Shown here: positions 1 through 9,102 of the stretch, piece by piece | Numbering within the stretch: position 1 is the first letter of the stretch | Layout of the letters: each line of letters starts with the position of its first letter | Assembly (NCBI GenBank): GCA_963848135.1 | Contig: CAWKCK010000018.1 | Coordinates: 262,938-326,937 of the forward strand | DNA: 64,000 nucleotides | DNA from: an uncultured delta proteobacterium | Lineage (GTDB): Bacteria; Desulfobacterota; Desulfobacteria; Desulfobacterales; SG8-13 | Reading direction: 5' to 3' | Position numbers and translations under genes: made by a program | Notes under the pieces: generated by a model | What the model was told of the DNA's origin: nothing | Seen by the model: only the letters and a program-made list of their open reading frames with translations | Databases searched by the model: none

Positions 1-511
1 TGGTTTGAAGATTCGAATGCCCGCAATCAGGGTTGTGAAAAATTCTGTTTACGATACATCGAAGCCTTCCTCGACTGTCACGATTTATTATACACCACCA
101 CAATATATCCATAAATATATGTGGTGTGGAAATTAAGCATGCCCCCCCGATCTTTAGAACTCTCTTAGCTTCTTCAGTATACAGGTTGCCGACGTTCAGG
201 TGTTCATACAAATTAGAACTGAATACTAAATCAAGGCATTCATCTTTGAAGGGCCATGGTTTGGCAGCGTCAAAGGAAACGATTTTTAAATCGCGATAGT
301 TGGTCTGAGTTGTCCGCAGGCAATGAAATTCAATATCCGAACCAACTATACGTGGCAGAATATCTCTCAAATTGCCTGCAACATGCCCGGAGCCGCAACC
401 GATTTCCATGACGTTAGCATCTCTCTCAAGGCATGAAATCAAGCGCTCAAGCCCTGCAATGGATCTAACACCATAATCTCTATCTATAGTTTTATAATAA
501 TCACCTTTCAT
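1..511 (-). CDS. Class I SAM-dependent methyltransferase (runs off the window edge; not in the ORF track)
   Basis: Manual translation from the ATG at 511: MKGDYYKTIDRDYG...VMEIGCGSG (motif I)...VGSDIE...DAAKPWPFKDECLDLVFSSNLYEHL...RVLKIGGACLISTP. Open to position 1. Confidence 0.85.
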   Translation of the reverse strand, partial: MKGDYYKTIDRDYGVRSIAGLERLISCLERDANVMEIGCGSGHVAGNLRDILPRIVGSDIEFHCLRTTQTNYRDLKIVSFDAAKPWPFKDECLDLVFSSNLYEHLNVGNLYTEEAKRVLKIGGACLISTPHIFMDILWWCIINRDSRGRLRCIVNRIFHNPDCGHSNLQT

Positions 512-570
512 GCCATTCAAAAAAAACTTTTGAATTTACATTTCCAGATCGCCGCTTGCACTAATAATAA

Positions 571-1785
571 TTAAGAAGATGATTTCTCGCCGCTTTGTAT
601 ATTAGGAAGCGTTTGCCTATCGTTAGTAAAATAATGTGAAATTTTAGCGCCCAATTTCATTCCCGGGGCCTCTATGAACCGATAAAGGAATGCTGATGCC
701 ACCAATGTCGATATGATGGTTGTCGGCATAAGTATCCATAGAAACTGCATGGAATTCAGTTCATGAGCGAACGGAGAGACAGCTTTCATTATAAATATGA
801 TCAATAGTCTATGGCTCAAATAGATAGAGTAAGAAATTTTCCCCACGTATGTAATTGTTTTATTGTCTAAAATCGGTGATAACCTTGCTACCAGCCAGCC
901 CTTTTTTGACGTTATCACAAACGGAAAAAGAAGCAGCCATATTACAAATGGAAAAGAACCGTTTACTCTATAATGCGCCTTGGTTGTATAGGCGATCACT
1001 GAAGCAATCAACAAGCAGATCAACAATACAAGATCCCGGTCAACATTTTTAAAAGACAGATACCGTGACAGAAAATATGACGCCCAGCCGATGATGAAAA
1101 AATGAATCTTATAAGGTAAAAAGGCCCCCCTCAGGACCGTAGGGTATACCGCTTTGATTATGATTGCAGCAAATAGTGTGAAAAATAAAAATGCAATTGC
1201 TCCTGCATAGTTTTCCTTTTCGATCAACAGCCGTTTTGACATATAAAAAAAGAGGGGCGCAAGCAAATAGAACTGCCATTCAAGCGATATACTCCATGCA
1301 AGGGGAAGGAACGCTATCGGTGCGGTGGGCAATACCGTTTCCGGGATCATACCATGTAACATCAAAAGATGGCTAACGACATGCAGCTCAATGTTCGCCC
1401 ACCATGAATCCAAGTACGATAGATGCGGGAAAGGTTTTGAAACGAAAAGATGTGCATAGGATTCGGCATTATCGGGAATGAGGGTACAGGCTGGTATAGC
1501 GATAAGAAAAAGGATAAAAGAAACCGGGAACAATCGGAAGAAACGTCTTGTTATGTATGGCGAATATTTTTCCTTTTTTTTGTCAAGCAGAAAAAATATA
1601 ACGAAACCACTTATAATAATAAACAAATCGACCGCATACGTCCCGGTTAAAACATATTTGAAACCGATTGAAAAATCACTCTTCGTCAAGCCTGTATTTC
1701 CGATCACATGTCCTACGACGACCCATAGCGCAAACACTGCCCGCATTCCGTCAATGGATGTGATTCTCATCGATTTATTCTGCAT
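571..1785 (-). CDS. Acyltransferase family 3 (OafA/YrhL-like) membrane O-acyltransferase
   Basis: IDGMRAVFALWVVVGH, AVDLFIIISGF, RRFFRLFP, WSISLEWQFY and GKISYSIYLSH motifs; many TM segments. Confidence 0.92.
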   Translation of the reverse strand: MQNKSMRITSIDGMRAVFALWVVVGHVIGNTGLTKSDFSIGFKYVLTGTYAVDLFIIISGFVIFFLLDKKKEKYSPYITRRFFRLFPVSFILFLIAIPACTLIPDNAESYAHLFVSKPFPHLSYLDSWWANIELHVVSHLLMLHGMIPETVLPTAPIAFLPLAWSISLEWQFYLLAPLFFYMSKRLLIEKENYAGAIAFLFFTLFAAIIIKAVYPTVLRGAFLPYKIHFFIIGWASYFLSRYLSFKNVDRDLVLLICLLIASVIAYTTKAHYRVNGSFPFVIWLLLFPFVITSKKGWLVARLSPILDNKTITYVGKISYSIYLSHRLLIIFIMKAVSPFAHELNSMQFLWILMPTTIISTLVASAFLYRFIEAPGMKLGAKISHYFTNDRQTLPNIQSGEKSSS

Positions 1786-1889
1786 TACATCAGGGTGGCA
1801 AGTGCCTATAGAAATCGATTTGGTGGTGCAAACACGGAAATTCTAATAAAAATATCGAGCAATTCTCCTTTTCCTATCGGCTTTAACCC

Positions 1890-1908
1890 GAGACCTTTGC
1901 AAAATCCC
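1890..1908 (+). repeat. Solo IS terminal inverted repeat relic (IS5-family-like end)
   Basis: GAGACCTTTGCAAAATCCC resembles, from memory, the IS1106-type terminus GAGACCTTTGCAAAA. No transposase or partner end nearby. Confidence 0.35.
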
Positions 1909-1981
1909 AGAAAGACGCCCTAAAATTTGACCATTCCGATTGAATTTCCTTCAATAATATTGCCTAAAAAATATTATTTTG

Positions 1982-2788
1982 TCATTTTTTTTCTGCCAGT
2001 AAAATATAACCGGTACCTTTTTCGGTGTTATAGAAGAGGCTTTGGATGAAAAACATGAATCTCCACACAATATTGAATATTCTACTGGAATAAATAAAAA
2101 ATATTTGGGACCACTTACCCCGGTCAATTCCACTATTTGACGAAGCCTCTTCTTTAGTGAACTCCGAATTGAGTTTTTGGGTTCGATAAACTCTATTCCC
2201 AATCTTTTTCCTAAGAATACGCTTTATGAGATTGATCAATGGATATCCGTAGGCATGTACTGCTTCTATTGAAAAATCTGCTTCTCCAACAGTTTCGATC
2301 AAGGCTGAACGGTCGTATCTTCGATAATGTCCTGCCCATACATCGTTTGGCCCCCAGAGAGCCATATGGCCTGGAACAGCAATTAACATTTTTCCACCAG
2401 GTCGCAAAAATTGCCTCCATTGCCTGAGGGCATTGATATCGTCTTCAATATGCTCCAAAACGGCAATCGCTATAACATAGTCATAAGATCCTATGTCCTC
2501 ATTGCTGGTCGCGGGTTCAAAGATGAATTTCTTATCACCTTCCTGACAAAACGCTCTGGCAACATTTAGTGCATTTTCGGAGGTTTCTACTCCCTTTCCC
2601 CAAAATCCATGTAGCATGAGTTCTTGGATCAACGCACCAGCCCCAGAACCAATTTCAATTACAGATCCCGGATTTGACAGACAGGGTTTGAATACGTCAA
2701 TGAGGGCGGCTCTTTTCATGATGTCGGTAGGCGTAGGAATCCAGATGTGTTCAGAATATACTCCTATCGTTTCATTATATTTTTTCAT
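1982..2788 (-). CDS. Class I SAM-dependent methyltransferase
   Basis: VIEIGSGAG motif I, AVLEHIEDD, LRPGG, GHYRRY. ATG at 2788 (AGGA upstream) preferred over the TTG at 2827. Confidence 0.9.
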   Translation of the reverse strand: MKKYNETIGVYSEHIWIPTPTDIMKRAALIDVFKPCLSNPGSVIEIGSGAGALIQELMLHGFWGKGVETSENALNVARAFCQEGDKKFIFEPATSNEDIGSYDYVIAIAVLEHIEDDINALRQWRQFLRPGGKMLIAVPGHMALWGPNDVWAGHYRRYDRSALIETVGEADFSIEAVHAYGYPLINLIKRILRKKIGNRVYRTQKLNSEFTKEEASSNSGIDRGKWSQIFFIYSSRIFNIVWRFMFFIQSLFYNTEKGTGYILLAEKK

Positions 2789-3110
2789 GTGATCATTTCC
2801 TGTAGTATAGTGGTAAATTTGAGACAAAGATTCAACTGCGGCCCAAAAATATCACCTAAACATATTCAAGGAACATGTGCAACGAAATTTAACCGGGCAG
2901 GCTAAATATGAAATAGAGCGAAACACAAAAATATGTATCTTGTTGAATTCACAGACTATTTTACCGGAATCAAAAGTAAGATATATCGTTGAACAATACT
3001 TCGGAATCAGTCACCTGTATGATGGGGCTAATAGAACGCGGTTTCTAACATCGCTAAAAACAATTTTGATGCCTGGTGCCGGCAAGTCGCCTATAATATA
3101 AGAAAAGGGG

Positions 3111-3160
3111 TTACCCAGGTTAAATTCGCTTCGCTGTTCTATCGAAATTTAACGGGGTAA
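3111..3160. repeat. Imperfect intergenic inverted repeat (REP-like)
   Basis: TTACCCAGGTTAAATT...AATTTAACGGGGTAA arms. A near copy of the right arm (CGAAATTTAACCGGG) lies at 2883-2897. Confidence 0.45.
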
Positions 3161-3427
3161 AAAGATCCTGAAGGTTGCCACCGTATTGGGGGAGGATAGG
3201 TGCGCCCAGCCGTCGAGTAAAGCCTCTGGGCCACTCTAAAACGCTCTTGCAAGTCCAATTGAATGCCTGAAAATACGAAATTTTCATGAATAAATTCTGA
3301 TACCATGATAAATTTATCCTTGTTTTCGAAAAAAATTTTACAGAAATTGATTGGCATTCTGTCTAATTTTTCAAAACTCTCCTATAATCAAACAACCACC
3401 CGAACTATCGACATTTATATCTGTTTA

Positions 3428-5566
3428 TCAAAAATCATCGTTAATACCAACTGCGGCTTGTAATATTTTAAATCCTGTAAGGGACTTTCGAACGAATATC
3501 AGCACATTGGATTTTGAGCCAAAATTGATCCATCCTGTTGGTACGTCGATTTTATAGCAGCGACTGTCTCCGCATTCCCTAAATATGGCAGCGCCCAAAT
3601 CAACCTCGTGGTTGTTGATAAAGACGGTAAGATCTTTTTCGGTTTCTACACTACCTTTGAGTGTGAAAAGTAAATACGTTCTCCCGGGGTTGCCTTCTTC
3701 AAGGGGTAGGCTTACGTGCATTTCACCTGAAATTTGCCGCCCGGAACCGCCCCCAGTGAGATCGAGCATAAGATCCGTACTCTCGAACACGCGGCTTATA
3801 GTCTTTTCGTCGATGACGTCCTGTGGATTTCGATAGGCCGCCCTTGCTTTCATAACTGCCGCAATAAAACTCTGACTGTGAAGCACCCCGGCAGCCAGTT
3901 CTTCTCCATAACGGGTCAGCCGGAAGTCCTCTGGTGAATCCATTTGCGGTTGATCAGGACTCCAAAGATGCTGCGAGGAGAAGACAAGACTTTCGAGAGT
4001 CCCCTTCTCTTGTAAAGTTTTAAAGTCCATCGTATGATAATAGGATACGAAACCGCCATAGCAATCAAGTTTGCCATTTACCTCGCGCAACTCCGGGCGT
4101 CCTTTCCACCTGTTCATGAGTAAATGCATGACATCCTTGTAACCGTGTTCACGAAAAAACGGTGTTGTCTTCATACCCTGTTTCTGAAGCTTTTGACCCT
4201 TGACCACCATTCCACCGCGGCGTATATGCCCCTCTGACCAGTTATAAATAACGATCTTGTCTCGATTTTGAATCAGATCAATTGCCTTGTATATGTTTTT
4301 GTACCATCCCTGATGTTCGCGCAGCAGCATACCGCCGCTAATAATTGGAACTTTTCCTCTTGCGATAACATGAGCCGTAAGCCGATTGGCAAAGTCGGCC
4401 CACAACCGGACCGGATCTTTGCCTTTACAGTCCAAATCCACAGCCCAACGGGAGCCGTGATTTTCCTGGTACATTTCATCCAGAGGAATAGCAAAGTGAC
4501 TACCGCTAAGAACCGCTATAACATCGTCTATCGTTTCAAGAAGAATCCCCCAGGTCTCTGGTTTTGAGGGACACGGATTGACTCGACTCATCTTCTTGAC
4601 ACTCGGTCGCATTTGTTCCCATGTCTCGTCGGGGTAAAGTTCAGCAAGATGTTTGTAATTATAGTACAGCCAACTCCAATCCAGCGAGCCATCCATACTC
4701 AGAAAATGACGTGTTCCAAAATCGTTAAATTCTTTCGCCTGATTTGGTGTAAGCACATCTTTCCATGCCATTTCAGGGTGGCGACGAAGGGGTACGCTCC
4801 AGGAAGTCCCCTGCACCCAGACATGATTCAGTTTTAGATAGGATAAAAGCCTGAGGAAGTTTCTGAAATACTCATGCGAAATCTCCTTTTCCCTTGGCTT
4901 GCCCCTTGGCAGCGTAACTCGCATTCCGCGATAATAATGGTAGGGGCTGTCCACAATTGTTGTAAAAGGAAATTTTCCGGTATGTTTCCCGGTCAATTCG
5001 AAGAGCTGCAGTAGGCTCAAACAACCGTAATAGACTCCCTGTGCATTGTGGCCTAAAACGGCAGCGCCTCCTTTTCCTACTTTTATCACGTATGCGCCAT
5101 CCTCATCCGAGAGGAGCATGGCGGCATCACCAGTCAGAGTATTCGCAAGATCTCCGTAATCGTTAGTACCTAAAAAGACAACCGGCTTTTTCTGATTTTC
5201 CCATCCGGCTTCATTGATAACCTGAAGTTTATTATCCTCGGCATTCATGGCCATCCCGAGTTCGGAGGCCAAAAAGTTAGATACCCATCTCAATTCGTGA
5301 TTGCCGGAAGGCACTACGATGACCGTGGTGCTATCTATCGGGTAGCTTCCGTCGTTAAACTCTATTCTAGCCGGTGTAGGGAATATGGGCGTCGTTTCAA
5401 ATGCGATTGCGCTTGAACATGTCACTATAAATATCACCAAAATATTGAACGAAGAAAATAAAACTTTGGTGCTCAGGCAGTGACCCTTCAATTCCGCTGT
5501 TTCCTTGGGTATCATCCATTCTACCCGACAAAACTGGTTAGCAAGCTGCAGACATGAGCGAATCAT
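3428..5566 (-). CDS. GH20-like beta-N-acetylhexosaminidase family protein (N-terminal GH20b domain, TIM barrel, C-terminal beta domain)
   Basis: IFPTPARI...AYVIKV...GVYYGCLSLLQL...IVDSPYHYYRG (GH20b), NPCPS, adjacent acid pair in HFAIPLDEM; hydrophobic N-terminal segment. Start uncertain. Confidence 0.8.
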   Translation of the reverse strand: MIRSCLQLANQFCRVEWMIPKETAELKGHCLSTKVLFSSFNILVIFIVTCSSAIAFETTPIFPTPARIEFNDGSYPIDSTTVIVVPSGNHELRWVSNFLASELGMAMNAEDNKLQVINEAGWENQKKPVVFLGTNDYGDLANTLTGDAAMLLSDEDGAYVIKVGKGGAAVLGHNAQGVYYGCLSLLQLFELTGKHTGKFPFTTIVDSPYHYYRGMRVTLPRGKPREKEISHEYFRNFLRLLSYLKLNHVWVQGTSWSVPLRRHPEMAWKDVLTPNQAKEFNDFGTRHFLSMDGSLDWSWLYYNYKHLAELYPDETWEQMRPSVKKMSRVNPCPSKPETWGILLETIDDVIAVLSGSHFAIPLDEMYQENHGSRWAVDLDCKGKDPVRLWADFANRLTAHVIARGKVPIISGGMLLREHQGWYKNIYKAIDLIQNRDKIVIYNWSEGHIRRGGMVVKGQKLQKQGMKTTPFFREHGYKDVMHLLMNRWKGRPELREVNGKLDCYGGFVSYYHTMDFKTLQEKGTLESLVFSSQHLWSPDQPQMDSPEDFRLTRYGEELAAGVLHSQSFIAAVMKARAAYRNPQDVIDEKTISRVFESTDLMLDLTGGGSGRQISGEMHVSLPLEEGNPGRTYLLFTLKGSVETEKDLTVFINNHEVDLGAAIFRECGDSRCYKIDVPTGWINFGSKSNVLIFVRKSLTGFKILQAAVGINDDF

Positions 5567-5568
5567 TA

Positions 5569-7239
5569 TCAGGGTGAACTTGTTTTTGCTCTCTGAATGC
5601 CTGTGAAATAGGAATCACCATTCAGGATATTTTCAATAATGCGCCGTCCATAAAGTGTCAACGCTTTGTCTTCATCACTGCCCATCACTGGTTTGTTGGG
5701 CGACCAGAAATGACTTCCTGAATAGGACATGCCATCAACTACCCGCGGGTCGACTTTTTCTCCGGTCATGTAAGTGTAATGGGTTATAAAGGCACCAAAA
5801 CACTTGCCAGTCCCGATCTGTTCGATGAGTTCCGGTCTGTCATTCCACTGCTTTCCCGCCTGGACCATGTGGATAATAGTGTTAATCCTGTAGCTTGCAA
5901 AATATGCGGTACTGCTGAAATCAGAACTGTAGAACATACTACCAAGCAGTGAATTTCGCCGCTGCTTCCGGACAAAGCCCTCGGACCAGTTGTTGATCAC
6001 GATATTTTTTCGGATTAGAGCCACCGATCGATAGATATCATGAAATGCACCGCCGTGTTCCTTGATAAAGGGTGTGCTGTTAACGAGCGGTATTTTGCCC
6101 TTCAGGATGACATAATCGGCCAGCCGATTTGTGTATTCCGCAAACAATCGAGCAGGGTTTTTGCCTTGGCAGCGCTCATCGGCCACCCACCTGGAGCCGT
6201 TTTCGTATTGGCTGACTTCGTCAATGCCGAGATCAAAAATCTGGGAAGTGAAGAGCGGGGAAAGCTCGTCGATAATGTCAAATAATAACAGATAGGTATG
6301 CTCGTCTGACGGGCAAAAATTGAACCTGGCGCCGAAGCGATATTTCTCTGTCCGGGATTTTTCATTTTTTATGGGAATAGATGCCGGGCTTTCCCCAGGG
6401 GCCATCTCGATAAGCTCAGGATAAATGGACCAGGCTATATCGGCGGCAGACGATATGCTCCCCATAACGAATACATTGAGTTTCTGCGCATACTGAATCA
6501 GGTCCCGGGCCAACGTTTTTGAAATGGCATCATCGTCGCTGAGTTCGGGGTGCTTTTCCAACCGGATCGAGGCTGGAAATCTTCTCACATACAAATCCCG
6601 GATCCACAATTGATTCAGACGGCAGAAAGCCATTGCCCGTATCATTCTGTGGAAATTTTCAATTTCAAATGAATTGTTTTTAGGAAAATGCCCTCTGAGA
6701 CCTCTAAATGACATTGACGGCCAGTCCATGATATCGACATTTGGCACACTCCAATCACCGGGGTTGATCAACTGCAGAAAACTGAACACCCCAAACAACT
6801 GGCCTTCAGGGTCGGTCCCGATTATCCGAATACCCTCATCTGAAACCGACAAAACATAGCTACCCGAATTTCCGATTGTCCCATCCGAGCCTCCATACAT
6901 TTTTCGGTCCAATTCCTCCTGATGCAAGCGAATGTCTCCTGAACGAGGAGCCCCCACTTCAACAGGTTGCATTTCCAGCTGCAGACCTCCTGCAGACAGT
7001 TCTTTCGCCAACAGAACGGCATTATCGCGGCTTGCTTCATCAAACACTATTCGGCTTGAATCACAGATTTTTGAGACACCACCGCGGAATTTCATCTCAA
7101 CCGGTGCTGGGTAAATCGCAAGGCGCATTGGTGGTTGGCCTCCCGAAGCACCCCTTAACGGAATGCCCTCCCAACATATCATGAAGGCACAGCAAGCTGA
7201 TATAATGCTACAAAAAGAAACGAATCGGTTCTTTGACAT
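5569..7239 (-). CDS. GH20-like beta-N-acetylhexosaminidase family protein (paralog of 3428-5566)
   Basis: IYPAPVEM...SYVLSV...GQLFGVFSFLQL...IMDWPSMSFRG, NFCPS, FDLGIDEV; signal-like N-terminus. Confidence 0.82.
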   Translation of the reverse strand: MSKNRFVSFCSIISACCAFMICWEGIPLRGASGGQPPMRLAIYPAPVEMKFRGGVSKICDSSRIVFDEASRDNAVLLAKELSAGGLQLEMQPVEVGAPRSGDIRLHQEELDRKMYGGSDGTIGNSGSYVLSVSDEGIRIIGTDPEGQLFGVFSFLQLINPGDWSVPNVDIMDWPSMSFRGLRGHFPKNNSFEIENFHRMIRAMAFCRLNQLWIRDLYVRRFPASIRLEKHPELSDDDAISKTLARDLIQYAQKLNVFVMGSISSAADIAWSIYPELIEMAPGESPASIPIKNEKSRTEKYRFGARFNFCPSDEHTYLLLFDIIDELSPLFTSQIFDLGIDEVSQYENGSRWVADERCQGKNPARLFAEYTNRLADYVILKGKIPLVNSTPFIKEHGGAFHDIYRSVALIRKNIVINNWSEGFVRKQRRNSLLGSMFYSSDFSSTAYFASYRINTIIHMVQAGKQWNDRPELIEQIGTGKCFGAFITHYTYMTGEKVDPRVVDGMSYSGSHFWSPNKPVMGSDEDKALTLYGRRIIENILNGDSYFTGIQRAKTSSP

Positions 7240-7316
7240 GATATTCTATGAAATTTTTCAGGTGAGATTAACGGAAAGTATCGGGAGATTTACAAGGGAG
7301 AGGACAAAGGCTATCG

Positions 7317-7877
7317 TCATTTTCGACTGCGAAGGGGTTTTGCCGGCACCCCACCGGCAATTACATACTCGGGTAAGTCCTTTGTAACCACTGATCCAGC
7401 GGCAACGACTGTGCCGTTACCGATGTTGACACCGGCAACGACTACCGTATTTGCGCCCAGCCAAACATCGTTACCCACCTGAATATCTTTTTCAACCCAG
7501 GGTTGAATGTTCATTGGGATATTCAATTTCTTTGTGCTGTGATTGGATGAAAACATCTTTACACCGGGCCCCATCAGAAGGTTGTCTCCAAGAATAATTT
7601 TAGAATATTGGCTGGCCCAAATGCAGCAGTATTGATTTATATGAGAATTTTCCCCTAAATAGATGTTATGGCCGCTTCTGAAAGAAGCTGTCGGATGGAT
7701 GCGGGGATTGCCTTTAATATTCATCTGGGAAATCGGCGCCACATGGTCATGAATATAATATCCGAATTTTTGGGCTAATTCCCTTAACATTGTCGGGCTA
7801 AAAGTATAGCGAACAACCTCCCACAAATGTTTGGCGGTAATCTTGTTGTGCGGGGAAAAATTTGAGTGCCGGTTCAT
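7317..7877 (-). CDS. Hexapeptide-repeat (LbH) O-acetyltransferase, maltose/galactoside acetyltransferase-like
   Basis: VGNDVWLGANTVVVAGVNIGNGTVVAAGSVVTKD...GGVPAK. Confidence 0.93.
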   Translation of the reverse strand: MNRHSNFSPHNKITAKHLWEVVRYTFSPTMLRELAQKFGYYIHDHVAPISQMNIKGNPRIHPTASFRSGHNIYLGENSHINQYCCIWASQYSKIILGDNLLMGPGVKMFSSNHSTKKLNIPMNIQPWVEKDIQVGNDVWLGANTVVVAGVNIGNGTVVAAGSVVTKDLPEYVIAGGVPAKPLRSRK

Positions 7878-7901
7878 TATATTATCTTAGAATTATCAGT
7901 G

Positions 7902-9062
7902 TTATCGCGTGGTGGAGGCTTTTTGCCAGGTGGAAATTTTTTGTCCGCTGAGCCACTGAATTAGCCCGACAAAAGCAGCCAGATTAATTAACAGAAAATA
8001 GTATGGGACGTAAAAAGGTTTCATTTTTATACCGGCTTTTTCGAAAAAAAAGCCGATGGTACCGAATATGTAAAAAATATTCTGAAAATGAAAAATCATA
8101 AGATACAGTGGATCTGCAATGAGAAACAGATTGAGAAACCAGATGACCACCAACATTGGGAAAGTAAGCCATCTCAGTACCTTGTGAGAAAAGATGTTGA
8201 ACCATCCCTTACCTTTAAACACCCCGAATTTTTTGTTGACTTCAACCAGTGCGGCAATGCTCCGAGCCACAATTCTCGACCGCCGTTTGAACTCTTCTGA
8301 TTGATCTTCGGTTGCTTTTTCATACGCCACGGCATTTTCCTCGAACACCGAGTCGTATCCTTGTTTGAGAATCGCCAATGGATGATAAAAATCGTTTGGT
8401 GCATGGGGAGGCACCGGTACAAAGAGTTCTCTTCTTATGGCATAAATGGCTCCATTAGCTCCCACCATTTTGCCTTGGCGGCCTTCGAGTTTTCGGATTT
8501 GATTTTCGTATTTGAAATAAAGCCCTTCTCCTTTGGCTGTAGCGGATTTCCCCTTTAAATATTTCAAGTGCCCACCGACGCAACCAACGGCCGGATTACA
8601 GAAATGTCGTAAGATATTTATAATGGAATCTTCGGTAAATATAGAATTCGCATCGGTAAAAATGATAATTTGCCCAGATGTTAGGGGAATAAATTTGTTG
8701 ATGAGGTCATTTTTCCCTTCGTTTTTATCATTTATGAAGACCCTTAATCGTGGAGTTTTCCTATATGAATTTAAAATGTTATTTGTGCGATCAGTCGACC
8801 CATCGGAAGCTACAACGATTTCAGGCAAATCTCCCTGATATTTGAGGTGCAAAGAATTTTCAATTTTTTCAGCTATTACTGTTTCTTCATTGTAGGCTGG
8901 GATAAATAAGGTGTTTGTAAAATTAGGGAATTTACTCCCATCCCGACCTGACATCCTTTGTAATTTTTCACCTATTAGCAGGATTAAAAAATATCCAATA
9001 TATATATAAATTATGGCAAATATAAACAGCCAAAACAAAAATTTAATGAGAAATTCAGCCAT
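7902..9062 (-). CDS. Glycosyltransferase family 2 (CESA-like, membrane-anchored)
   Basis: IPAYNEE, ASDGSTD, FTDAN, GANGAIYAIRR, EFKRRSRI; N- and C-terminal TM helices. Confidence 0.92.
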   Translation of the reverse strand: MAEFLIKFLFWLFIFAIIYIYIGYFLILLIGEKLQRMSGRDGSKFPNFTNTLFIPAYNEETVIAEKIENSLHLKYQGDLPEIVVASDGSTDRTNNILNSYRKTPRLRVFINDKNEGKNDLINKFIPLTSGQIIIFTDANSIFTEDSIINILRHFCNPAVGCVGGHLKYLKGKSATAKGEGLYFKYENQIRKLEGRQGKMVGANGAIYAIRRELFVPVPPHAPNDFYHPLAILKQGYDSVFEENAVAYEKATEDQSEEFKRRSRIVARSIAALVEVNKKFGVFKGKGWFNIFSHKVLRWLTFPMLVVIWFLNLFLIADPLYLMIFHFQNIFYIFGTIGFFFEKAGIKMKPFYVPYYFLLINLAAFVGLIQWLSGQKISTWQKASTTR

Positions 9063-9102
9063 GCTTTTATTTCTGAGGCTTGACCGTAATTATAATGAAT
9101 CC

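Noticed and set aside
3160..3260. c-di-GMP-I riboswitch (AAAGCCTCTGG resembles part of the motif)
   Set aside because: The GGCAAA...GAAA P2 stem and the correct element order are missing.
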